Positions 51,815-60,559 of a stretch of DNA of 64,000 bases are shown one piece after another. A program made the position numbers and the translations under genes. This stretch comes from Candidatus Bathyarchaeota archaeon. Lineage in GTDB: Archaea; Thermoproteota; Bathyarchaeia; Bathyarchaeales; Bathycorpusculaceae. The notes beneath the pieces are model-generated. The model saw only the letters and a program-made list of their open reading frames with translations, did no database searches and was not told where the DNA came from. The stretch spans positions 1,952,001 to 2,016,000 of the forward strand of contig OY970176.1 in the NCBI GenBank assembly GCA_963707955.1. The letters run 5' to 3'. How positions within the stretch are numbered: position 1 is the first letter of the stretch; each line of letters begins with the position of its first letter.

Positions 51815-52900
51815 ATGGCTGAAACACCCGGCGAAGTAGCTCAAGCACCTCTCATTCAGCAAACGGACTTTGAGAAAATAACCCAGCTAGTTTCTGCACA
51901 TTTCGAGGCTGAAGAGTCTCTGCTGGAGCACGGCGTTCCAACGTACTACTTGAAACAGCCCCAGGAAACGAAGCAGGCCTTTCTCAAGCTTCTGAAAAAC
52001 TTGGAGTCAATGAACCTGATTGCGCTCCTGCGCAAGGTTGATGGGAAGGTGGTCTTGAAAGTTGGTCCAAAGCAGCCTGTGAAGAAGAGCAACATACTCG
52101 TGAACTGGGCGCTGTTTTTCGCCACGATAGGCACGACGTTCGCTACAGGCTACTTGCTTTCAGCCGACCTTGTTGGTACGGGAATGATGCCCAGCCCACT
52201 GATAGGAGGCGTAGCATTCACAGTGGCCATTATGGCAATACTTGGGACCCATGAGATGGGTCATAAGCTCACGGCTAACAGAAACGGCGTAGAAGCAACG
52301 CCGCCCTATTTTATTCCAGGTCCACCTCCAATAGGGGACCTCTTGGGCATCGGCACTTTTGGTGCGGTAATCATGCAGAAGTCTCTTCCACCTAACAGAG
52401 ACGCCCTGTTCGACGTGGGGTCCAGTGGCCCAATCGTCGGGTTCATAGTGGCCGTGATAGCAACCATCGTTGGGCTAATGCTCTCTCCAATTCGTCCGAT
52501 CACAGGCAGCGAGAGTTTCCTTCCATCACCCCTAATCTTCGACCTGTTTGCCACTTTTCTCATAAAACTTCCAGCAAATCATTATATTCTACTGCACCCC
52601 GTTGCCTTCGCTGGGTGGGCCGGCATGCTCGTCACCATGCTCAACCTGTTGCCCGCTGGACAGCTCGACGGCGGCCACGTAGCCACGTCTGTGCTCGGCG
52701 GAAAAGCGCGAACGGTCTTGACTGTTCTGTCCATTCTGTTGCTGGTGATCGAAGGATTCTGGCCGATGGCTTTCTTTGTGGTCTTACTCTCGATGTATAG
52801 GCATCCTGGGCCCCTAGACGATGTTTCTGGCTTGTCAAACGGGAGGAAGCTGTTGGCAATCGGGCTGGTGGCAATTTTCATTCTCTGTTCTTTAATCTAA
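51815..52900 (+). CDS. Site-2 protease (M50 intramembrane metalloprotease)
   Basis: HEMGH, GTFGA, NLLPAGQLDGGH. Confidence 0.93.
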   Translation: MAETPGEVAQAPLIQQTDFEKITQLVSAHFEAEESLLEHGVPTYYLKQPQETKQAFLKLLKNLESMNLIALLRKVDGKVVLKVGPKQPVKKSNILVNWALFFATIGTTFATGYLLSADLVGTGMMPSPLIGGVAFTVAIMAILGTHEMGHKLTANRNGVEATPPYFIPGPPPIGDLLGIGTFGAVIMQKSLPPNRDALFDVGSSGPIVGFIVAVIATIVGLMLSPIRPITGSESFLPSPLIFDLFATFLIKLPANHYILLHPVAFAGWAGMLVTMLNLLPAGQLDGGHVATSVLGGKARTVLTVLSILLLVIEGFWPMAFFVVLLSMYRHPGPLDDVSGLSNGRKLLAIGLVAIFILCSLI

Positions 52901-53089
52901 TACTACGTGCTATACTTACTGAATCTTCTTGGTCTTTAGGACTCGCAAGCCCCTGGTGTATTTCTGCTCTACGACCATACGGCAAGGTTTATTAAATATT
53001 GCGATACTAGACACTGTTAGACAACAGTCGATTAGAAGACGAGTCAAAAATCAAGAGCGGGGCGATCACCAACGAAGGGAACGATCCTG

Positions 53090-53293
53090 ATGGTCTTCTT
53101 CATATTGTTTACAGCTGCGTCTCTGCTGATTCCCTCGCCGATGTTTCCAGGAAATGTCCTCTGCACTCTGATCGGAGCATCTGTCATCCAGTACACTGCT
53201 ATCGTGAGCGCGCTTTTCAACGGGGTTCTTTACAGCGTTGCGCTGTGGCTCATCTTCATCGCTGTGAGTCGGAGACTCACACAAGAAAAATAG
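53090..53293 (+). CDS. Small hypothetical membrane protein
   Basis: Hydrophobic 67-aa ORF downstream of a TTTATTAA box; start uncertain. Confidence 0.55.
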   Translation: MVFFILFTAASLLIPSPMFPGNVLCTLIGASVIQYTAIVSALFNGVLYSVALWLIFIAVSRRLTQEK

Positions 53294-53315
53294 GTTGACT
53301 GACCGGCCGCCTAAT

Positions 53316-53564
53316 CTAGTTTTGCGGCTGCGGTACAAAGCCTACAAGCTTGATCGTGATTCCGCATTTTTTGCACATCACAACCAATTCTGCAAGCTCG
53401 TCGTTCCTCACCTTGGTATTAACGATCTTATAGTTCTCCTCTGATTCGTCGTCGGGAGATATGATAGACCCGCACTTTGGACATGGAAAAGCCCCGTCCC
53501 CGTCGATCTTCGTCAGGTCAACCGTGTACGCCATGCTTTTCTGAACATCTGCTTTCTTCATCAT
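53316..53564 (-). CDS. Small zinc-ribbon protein
   Basis: CPKCG...CKKCG pair. Confidence 0.75.
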   Translation of the reverse strand: MMKKADVQKSMAYTVDLTKIDGDGAFPCPKCGSIISPDDESEENYKIVNTKVRNDELAELVVMCKKCGITIKLVGFVPQPQN

Positions 53565-53789
53565 TTTTCAACGCACCTTTCCAATCGGTCTTGATTGTTT
53601 TCCATCGTTGGCCCAGAATATAATTAACTATTATGAATCTCTAATCAGTATTACTCGTAAGTCTCGCATAGTTAATGAAAAGCTTTTCGATGCATAAGGG
53701 GGACGAAACAACCCATAGGGGCTGGGGGATGAGTTCAGTAAAGGTTATGAGTCATAACAAACGAGTAGAAGGCAAAGTCTCTCCCTTAG

Positions 53790-55160
53790 GTGTCTACGTT
53801 GGAGAAGTTCGACGTACTGGTAGTCGGGGCTGGAACAGCAGGGTGCCTGGCCGCGGAAACAGTTGCCCGAGCAGGTCTGAAAGTGTGCCTCATCGAGAGA
53901 AAGGAGAGGGAGGAGGTCGGCGAAAAAATCTGCGGGGACGCCCTTGGAGAGCATCACTTGAAAGCCCTAGGCTTAGAGAAGCCGCAGGGCGGCGAACTTG
54001 AGAAGAGGATCGAGGGCATCAAGATCTATTCTCCAGACATGGACACGACGTTTACGGTTGAACACGAGGACTTCGTTGGCTACTTGCTCAACAGACGACT
54101 CTTCGGGCAGTGGCTGCTCAGGAAGGCAATAGATAAGGGTGCACGCCTTCTGGATTCAACGCAATGCTTGAAGCCGCTGATCGACAGGGATTTCGTGGCC
54201 GGCGTGTTGGTTAAGAACTTGAGAACTGGCGAGGAGACGGAGCTGAGAGGCAAGGTGACTGTTGACGCGAGCGGTTTCGTAGCGGCTGTAAGGAAGAAGC
54301 TGCCTAAGGAGTTGGGCATTCAGAACGAGGTTGCAAACGAGGACGTTGAAGCCTGCTACCGCGAGATCCGCCAGCTCAAGCAGGAGGGCGAAAACACGGA
54401 CTACTGCGAAATCTACCTCAACCAGAAGGCGACTCCGGGAGGCTACGCTTGGATTTTCCCGAAGGGCGGGGCAAGAGTCAACGCGGGCCTAGGGATCTGC
54501 ATGCGCAACAAGTTTCCAAACCCAAAGAACCAGTTCTACAAGCACATTCTCACCAAGCCTGCTTTTGACGGTTCTCTACTTCTAAACGGAGGAGCCTGGT
54601 ACGACCCGACTAGAAGGCCTCTAGATTGTATGGTTGGAAACGGCGTTGTTATCACCGGTGACGCGGCCTGCTTGGTTAACCCGATACACGGCGGTGGAAT
54701 AGGGCCATCGATGTTGAGCGGCCACCTTGCAGGCAAGACCATCATCGAAGCTCTCGAAAAAGAAGACGTCAGCCAAGAATCTCTGTGGCCTTACAGCCTA
54801 AGGTACAACGCGGCGTACGGAGCAAAACAGGCCAGACTGGACGTTTTTCGAATGATGCTCCTGTCCTGTCGCGATGATGACCTGAATTACGGGATGAGGT
54901 ATCACCTCTTGACGGAAGAAGATGTCCTCAAGGCAGGGATGGGCGACGAGTTTCATCTGAACATCACCGAGACCAGCAGGAGAGTCTTCAGAGGATTGAA
55001 GAGAATAAGCTTCTTGAACAAGCTCCGTCTGACGGTCAAGTACATGAATCGGGTCAAAGCCCACTACAAAGAATACCCAGAGACTCCTAAAGACTTTGAA
55101 AAGTGGCGCGTGCAAACAGGAGCCCTGTTCGAAGAGGCTGCCTCCAAAATCATGAAGTAA
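53790..55160 (+). CDS. Geranylgeranyl reductase family (digeranylgeranylglycerophospholipid reductase-like)
   Basis: GAGTAG, KICGDA, PGGYAWIFPKG, GDAACLVNPIHGGGI. Confidence 0.9.
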   Translation: MSTLEKFDVLVVGAGTAGCLAAETVARAGLKVCLIERKEREEVGEKICGDALGEHHLKALGLEKPQGGELEKRIEGIKIYSPDMDTTFTVEHEDFVGYLLNRRLFGQWLLRKAIDKGARLLDSTQCLKPLIDRDFVAGVLVKNLRTGEETELRGKVTVDASGFVAAVRKKLPKELGIQNEVANEDVEACYREIRQLKQEGENTDYCEIYLNQKATPGGYAWIFPKGGARVNAGLGICMRNKFPNPKNQFYKHILTKPAFDGSLLLNGGAWYDPTRRPLDCMVGNGVVITGDAACLVNPIHGGGIGPSMLSGHLAGKTIIEALEKEDVSQESLWPYSLRYNAAYGAKQARLDVFRMMLLSCRDDDLNYGMRYHLLTEEDVLKAGMGDEFHLNITETSRRVFRGLKRISFLNKLRLTVKYMNRVKAHYKEYPETPKDFEKWRVQTGALFEEAASKIMK

Positions 55161-55558
55161 GGAACAGCACAAGGTCTGTCCACCCCTTGACACTCATAAA
55201 AGCTCGGAGGCGGTTTTCAACTCGCGTCGCCACCCAAAACGGAAAGGTCTGGGGTACTGTTAAGTTGTTTGACCCGTTTTTTGAGCGAGAGAAACGCTTT
55301 ATTGCCGCCTGTGTTAGTGTGCATCTCGTCAGTATACCCCATCCGTCACACCACGCATTATAATTCCCGCCAGAGTCTTTTGTAACTCAGCAATCGGGCG
55401 ACGGAATTAACGGATTGACGATTATATCATCCATTATTCCCAAATCAAAATGTTCAGCATGAGGTTATTCATCAGTTTTTCTCCGTTTCGGTGCTGGCTC
55501 GCAAAGATGCTTTAGATAAGAAACAAGAAGAAGCTTAAACCAATCAAGAAATTCAAGA

Positions 55559-56551
55559 TTATCTTTCAAGTAGTTTGTAAGCGGGATCAACTAGGTAATA
55601 TTTTTCCGCCTTTTTTTCGATAATTCGCAGATTCTGTAGCGATTTCAGAGACTCCGTAAATGTTGATGACTTGCTTATTTGTTTATACTTGCTTGCCGCG
55701 AGCACCTTTATTTCATTCCATGTCGCCCCGCCGCTAAATCTCGCTAGCGACAACACGATTGCACGTTGTAATGACCCAAAATCTTTTGACTCTTTGATCG
55801 CCGTCTTTTTGGCCAGCCTTGTCACTTCCTCCATCGCTTCAGGGTGAGATTTTCCAGAACAACGTTTTGCCCCGTAATACGTCAACCAGCCTGGAATACC
55901 CCCAAAGCGGTCTACTGCTTCTTCAAGTTCGCGTGGTTCATAATTTATCTTGCCCCTCTGAAAACCCGTTTCTAAAAAGGCTATACTGATATCCCTTGAG
56001 AAGGGGTTAATTTCTTTCTCTTCAATTGGTTTCCCTTGAATTTCTGCTGATTCTGCGATGGTTTTAATCAACCCCGTGGCGGATCCAGTGAAGAGAAGCT
56101 TTATTTTGGTTTCATTATAAAGCGTCGAGAGTATCCTTGGAAGCATGCGATCATTCAGTCTCTGCACTTCATCAAGAGCTATCAGGCGATTTCCCAATTT
56201 GCGAATGACTTTTTCAAACGTTTGAATTGGCTCGCGTCTCATCGTGAGACGAAAAACTTTGAGATCAATCTCTCCCTCCGTTTTTAACCTCCCGCCCGCG
56301 ACTTCATCTATCAGTCTCAATCCAAGCTCCTTAACCGTCAACACTGAAGAAACGTCTATGTAAATACCGCCGCGACTTTTGGTAAGGACCGTTGCGAGAG
56401 AGGTTTTCCCAATGCGCTTGGGTCCAATCAATACTGCCCAAAATCCACTATCAATTATCTGTTCTATCTCTTTAAGGTCGTCTTCCCGCCCATAAAGCAA
56501 CGACCGTTCTCTTTTCGGGCGTGTATCAAATAATTCGCACCGAATCATCAT
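55559..56551 (-). CDS. Archaeal ATPase (AAA+ with C-terminal winged helix)
   Basis: FDTRPK..LYGRE, GPKRIGKTS, ALDEVQ, FTGS, GGIPGWL, Y...DP; appears more AT-rich than its neighbours. Confidence 0.88.
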   Translation of the reverse strand: MMIRCELFDTRPKRERSLLYGREDDLKEIEQIIDSGFWAVLIGPKRIGKTSLATVLTKSRGGIYIDVSSVLTVKELGLRLIDEVAGGRLKTEGEIDLKVFRLTMRREPIQTFEKVIRKLGNRLIALDEVQRLNDRMLPRILSTLYNETKIKLLFTGSATGLIKTIAESAEIQGKPIEEKEINPFSRDISIAFLETGFQRGKINYEPRELEEAVDRFGGIPGWLTYYGAKRCSGKSHPEAMEEVTRLAKKTAIKESKDFGSLQRAIVLSLARFSGGATWNEIKVLAASKYKQISKSSTFTESLKSLQNLRIIEKKAEKYYLVDPAYKLLER

Positions 56552-56660
56552 GTACCCTACCCTACTAAGTAGGGTATGGGTATATAAGGTCGTGTATCTG
56601 ATTCGAGTGCTTGAGCTGATTATGTACCCTGCCCTACTAAGTAGGGTGGGAGTATATAAG
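56550..56660. repeat. Two 39-bp direct repeats, each containing a TATA box and palindrome CCCTACT-A-AGTAGGG
   Basis: Copies 56550-56588 and 56622-56660, 72 bp apart. Confidence 0.85.
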
Positions 56661-56813
56661 AAATGAGAAAATGGAGATGATGCTTTGTTTCAAGTATTGA
56701 TAGTGTTGCCTGATTTTTGCAAAGGAACGACGAGGCAAGCGGGTCATATAACTTAACAGTACCAAGGTCTGGAAAGGTTTATTTCGTTGCCTGGTGCTAT
56801 GATTCAAAATCAA

Positions 56814-56857
56814 TGGCGGATGAGACGTCCGCTGGGATGTGGCCGAAAGGCTGAACC
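56814..56857 (+). ncRNA. Candidate structured 5' leader of rpl15e
   Basis: Hairpin GCGGA/TCCGC plus GGCC-GAAA-GGCT tetraloop hairpin, between a TATA box (about 56778) and ATG 56884. Confidence 0.45.
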
Positions 56858-56883
56858 GCAAACTAGAGATTAAGGTGAAGCGA

Positions 56884-57462
56884 ATGGCCTACAAGTACAT
56901 TGCTGAGGCATGGTCGAAACCAGAGAAATCCTTCGTTGAAGAACTGATGCGTAGCAGGTTAATAGAGTGGCGTAGGCAGCCAGTGATAACTCGGATAGAG
57001 AGGCCGACGCGATTGGACAGGGCGAGAAGACTTGGGTACAAGGCCAAGCAAGGCTTTGTGCTGTCTCGTGTGCGCGTCAGGAGAAGTGGCTTCAGAAAGC
57101 TGAGGCCGACCTCTGGCAGAAGACCGAAGAGGATGGGTGTCGAAAAGTTCAAGCTGTCCAAGAGCATGCGACTGATCGCTGAGGAAAGGGTCGGCAGAAA
57201 GTTTCCGAACCTTGAGGTCTTGAACTCCTACTGGGTCGGTGAAGACGGCGTTTCAAAATGGTTTGAAGTGATAATGGTTGACCCTCAGCATCCGTCAATA
57301 AGAGCCGACAAGAACATCAACTGGATATGCCAGAAACAGCATCATAGAAGAGTTTTCAGAAGCTTAACCAGCGCTGGCAAGAAGGTCAGAAACCTGCGAA
57401 GGAGAGGACGGGGCGCGGAGAAGTTTAGACCAAGCTTGAAAGCTGGCACGGGAGGAAAATAG
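56884..57462 (+). CDS. rpl15e: 50S ribosomal protein eL15
   Basis: [45 protein letters not shown]. Confidence 0.97.
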   Translation: MAYKYIAEAWSKPEKSFVEELMRSRLIEWRRQPVITRIERPTRLDRARRLGYKAKQGFVLSRVRVRRSGFRKLRPTSGRRPKRMGVEKFKLSKSMRLIAEERVGRKFPNLEVLNSYWVGEDGVSKWFEVIMVDPQHPSIRADKNINWICQKQHHRRVFRSLTSAGKKVRNLRRRGRGAEKFRPSLKAGTGGK

Positions 57463-57466
57463 CCGA

Positions 57467-57730
57467 ATGATGGTTAAAAGACCCAAAGTATCTGAGAAGC
57501 GTGGACGACGAAGCCTGGGAAAAGGTTACAGCCCAGGCGAGCTGAAGAAGGCAGGCCTCAGCATGAGCGAAGCCGTGAAGCTTCACGTTGCAGTCGACCC
57601 GAGAAGAAAGACGGCTCACGAAGAAAACGTCGAGGCCCTTCAGACTTTTCTGCAAGAAAGGAAAGCCGTGGCAAAGACAAAGAAGCGTAAGAGAAAACCT
57701 AAAAGTTTAGGCCGCGCTAATGACGACTAG
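57467..57730 (+). CDS. rpl13e: 50S ribosomal protein eL13 (short archaeal form)
   Basis: GKGYSPGELKKAGL...VDPRRKT..EENV. Confidence 0.85.
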   Translation: MMVKRPKVSEKRGRRSLGKGYSPGELKKAGLSMSEAVKLHVAVDPRRKTAHEENVEALQTFLQERKAVAKTKKRKRKPKSLGRANDD

Positions 57731-58187
57731 TGATGCGGTCTTGGCATCCAAGGTTCAAGTCGGCTACATTGACATAAGGGTCTTTGCACACGCAACCGAG
57801 GACCCAGAGAGAGTTCTGACCGCAACACGCAACACTCTGCCCAGAGAATCAATCGACACTGTAACCTTCAAGAAGGCCAACTTGACAGGGCATCATGGTA
57901 ACCCCATAATTCTTTATGAAACAAAAATCAAGGAGAAGAAGCTAGTTCAAGCCGCCTTCGAGAAGTTGTGTTCGGGTTTAAGCGTTTTAGACAAAGAAAT
58001 CTTGGCAAACGAGGTCCAACAGCACGTGGACAAGGGAAACCTCTACGTTCGATTGCACAAACAGTCTGCCTACCTCAACGAACTCAAGCTAAGCTCAACA
58101 GACCCCATTCATCTGCGAATACACTTCAAGAAGCACAGCACGGAAGAAGTCATAGACATCTGCAGAAGATCCGGGTTGCTACCATGA
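57720..58187 (+). CDS. Predicted RNA-binding protein of the exosome/RNase P gene neighbourhood
   Basis: HATEDPERV, GHHGNPI, LYVRL.KQ.AY. Confidence 0.82.
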   Translation: MTTSDAVLASKVQVGYIDIRVFAHATEDPERVLTATRNTLPRESIDTVTFKKANLTGHHGNPIILYETKIKEKKLVQAAFEKLCSGLSVLDKEILANEVQQHVDKGNLYVRLHKQSAYLNELKLSSTDPIHLRIHFKKHSTEEVIDICRRSGLLP

Positions 58188-58918
58188 AAAGAGCCTACGC
58201 TGACTTACACTTGCGCGCGAACATCAGCGATTCGTCACAGGTTTCAGGCTTGATAAGCAAGGCTTCAACTCTTGGATACAGCCTAGTGGCTGTGCCCCTT
58301 TCACCATGGACTCCTGAACACCAGCTTCAGCAAGTGCAAAGAGTCTGTGAAGAAGCAGCCATAGGATTCGCATCCCGAGTGGACCTGAAGCCCCGCACAC
58401 CCGAAGAGTTGCTGAAGGACGTGAGGAAGTTGAGGCGAAGGTTCGAGCTGATTGCCGTCATGTGCGAGTCGAAGGTTGTTGCGAGGCAGGCGGCGAAAGA
58501 CCGACGCGTCGACCTTCTGAACTTTCCCCAGCCAGACTTCAGGAGGGCGTTTTTCGATTCGGCTGAAGCTGAACTGGCTTCAGCATGCCTGGCTTCTCTT
58601 GAAGTAGACATAAGACCGCTGCTCACCCAAGAAGGAGCAGCAAGGGTAAGGCTTCTTTCCCTCCTGCGGAAGGAAGTTCAGACGGCCAAAGAGTTTCACG
58701 TTCCAATAGTTCTTTCAAGCGGAGTTTCAGAAGAACTTCTGATACGAAGACCATTGGACCTAGCAGCCCTCTCGTTTCTGTTAGGCTTAGACAAGGATGC
58801 TGCTATGGAAGCGGTTTCCAAAAACCCCATGGCAATCGTCAGAAGGAACAGGGAAAAGCTGAGCCCGCGATTCATCGCACCTGGAATACGGGTCACCCGG
58901 AGAGGAAACGATTGCTGA
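58184..58918 (+). CDS. rnp3: RNase P protein subunit Rpp30
   Basis: YADLH, RQAAKDRRVDLL, PIVLSSG, NP; ATG 58184 overlaps the upstream stop; precedes Pop5. Confidence 0.87.
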   Translation: MKRAYADLHLRANISDSSQVSGLISKASTLGYSLVAVPLSPWTPEHQLQQVQRVCEEAAIGFASRVDLKPRTPEELLKDVRKLRRRFELIAVMCESKVVARQAAKDRRVDLLNFPQPDFRRAFFDSAEAELASACLASLEVDIRPLLTQEGAARVRLLSLLRKEVQTAKEFHVPIVLSSGVSEELLIRRPLDLAALSFLLGLDKDAAMEAVSKNPMAIVRRNREKLSPRFIAPGIRVTRRGNDC

Positions 58919-59232
58919 AAAAAGTGAAGCGGCGCTACTTAGCCCTGAAAATAGACTCCTGCGAGACACCCAGTTCGAACGAGTTTATGGACGCCATCTG
59001 GGAAACCATTTCTGGGCTTTACGGCGAATACGGCGCAAGTCAAACGAGCCTGAGTCTAATCAGCTTTGACGACAAAAACAAGAGCGTCGTCCTGCGCACC
59101 GGGCACACAACGGTCGATATGGTTCGAACCGCGTTGGCTTCAATAACGCGGATTAGAGACAAGCCTGCGGCCGTGCATGTCTTGGCAGTTTCAGGCACAA
59201 TAAAGGCCCTTCATAAAAGTCTGAGACAATAG
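58912..59232 (+). CDS. rnp2: RNase P protein subunit Pop5/Rpp14
   Basis: KRRYL, LYGEYG, VSGTIK. Confidence 0.9.
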   Translation: MLKKVKRRYLALKIDSCETPSSNEFMDAIWETISGLYGEYGASQTSLSLISFDDKNKSVVLRTGHTTVDMVRTALASITRIRDKPAAVHVLAVSGTIKALHKSLRQ

Positions 59233-59335
59233 TCTTTGAAAGGTTTGCTGCTGCAGTTTTCAATTCGCGCGCGCTGCCGCTTAACCCTTGATGTCATGGC
59301 CAAAAACCCTATTATTTGGTTACACGTGCTTGAAC

Positions 59336-59400
59336 TGGGGGATGATGTCGCCGTCCCAGTCTGATTGTTGAGATGAAGAGCTTATGACGGACAGACCCCA
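59336..59400 (+). ncRNA. Box C/D guide sRNA
   Basis: Terminal stem TGGGG/CCCCA; C ATGATGT, D' CTGA, C' AGATGA, D-like CAGA; D' guide complementary to the 23S P-loop; upstream TATTATTT box. Confidence 0.75.
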
Positions 59401-59634
59401 ACACTCACACGGCTTGCGAGCGTAGTCGCGCTCTGAGGGCCTTTTTCCTTTTCAGTCCGAAAATCAGAGCCAGAATCATTCCTGCGATGAAGCTGCCTCC
59501 GTGCGCAAAGTAAGCGACTTCGCTGCCAAGTCATAGAATCGTAAGAGGCATTGAAGCAAATGCTGACAGCCGATACTGAATACGGCTCGGCAGAATATTT
59601 ATCCTTTAGCAAACCCGCAGAGCGGTCGTTTTTC

Positions 59635-60018
59635 CTACCCGCACAAACATTCAACCATCTTTGTGCAGACCAAGCAAGGTTCCGGAATCGGAGTTCCTTT
59701 CTGGCGTTTGTTCAGATACCCGAAGAAGTGCCCGCACCTGAAGTCGCTCACCGGTTGAGCACCGAGTTCGCTAGATCCTTTCCGTAGAACCTCAGGTCTT
59801 CTGTCTTCCTCTTTCAAGGCTTCGATGCCGTGGATTCTTGTCATGCAATGTGGACATGCCGGGTATGTCTGTACGCTAACGCCTGTTACCACTCTTGCAA
59901 GAATTGGTTTCTGCAAAGCTCTGCCGCACTTGTCACATGTAAGGTCAGCATGGCTTATCGTCTTTGGACAATCATGCTCCAGTTTCCCAGAGCTAATGTC
60001 TGTTTGCATCGTCATCAC
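59635..60018 (-). CDS. Cys/His-rich zinc-finger hypothetical protein
   Basis: CDKC, CPHC and C.H..GYL...IP..CLVC....C motifs. Confidence 0.7.
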   Translation of the reverse strand: MMTMQTDISSGKLEHDCPKTISHADLTCDKCGRALQKPILARVVTGVSVQTYPACPHCMTRIHGIEALKEEDRRPEVLRKGSSELGAQPVSDFRCGHFFGYLNKRQKGTPIPEPCLVCTKMVECLCG

Positions 60019-60422
60019 AGCTTAACCCTATATCTGAAAGGTTAATATTTAATAAACCTTTTTGGATACGTGTCGAACGAAAAGACACTTAGAAGGCCCG
60101 ATTCTATTCTTCGAATTGTATACTCCAGTATACCCGTTTCTCCTCGCAAGAGTTCATCTGAGTCAACTATTGGCAGGCCATTTTCGCATGACAAAACCAT
60201 GCGGCCGGAGGCGAATTACACGACAAGCTTAAGAATTGGACGTGAAAAGACATAGTATGAAGGCGTATGCCCTGAGGAGAATGGCTGCTTCTTCCTTGTC
60301 TCCTTTCTCCCCACTACCATTCTCCTCATCCAAGGCCATTATGTTTACAACCCAACACATTTGCTTTCAACGGGATCATCGAACCTACTCGGCAAGAGAT
60401 TTGATCATCATAGTCATCGATG

Positions 60423-60439
60423 GTGAGCCCGCCCGGACT
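60423..60439. repeat. Degenerate copy of the tRNA 3' end (att-like direct repeat)
   Basis: GTGAGCCCGCCCGGACT matches 63975-63991 GTGGGCCCGCCCGGACT at 16 of 17 positions. Confidence 0.6.
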
Positions 60440-60559
60440 TAGACCCAAATGGGTCTAGTCCAATTCGGCCGAGCGAGATTCATTGAAAAATTGAAACTGA
60501 ACAAGGCACAGTTCGTTGCGCGGTTCATTTTTTGAAGTGTGCTGTGACTGGCTGTTGGT

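Noticed and set aside
56550-56660. Mini CRISPR array (39-bp repeats, 33-bp spacer)
   Set aside because: Only two imperfect copies, each with a TATA box and one containing the start codon; the spacer resembles the gene's own 5' end; no cas genes in the window
57968-58183. N-terminal extension of Rpp30
   Set aside because: Overlaps the upstream gene; ATG 58184 gives normal translational coupling
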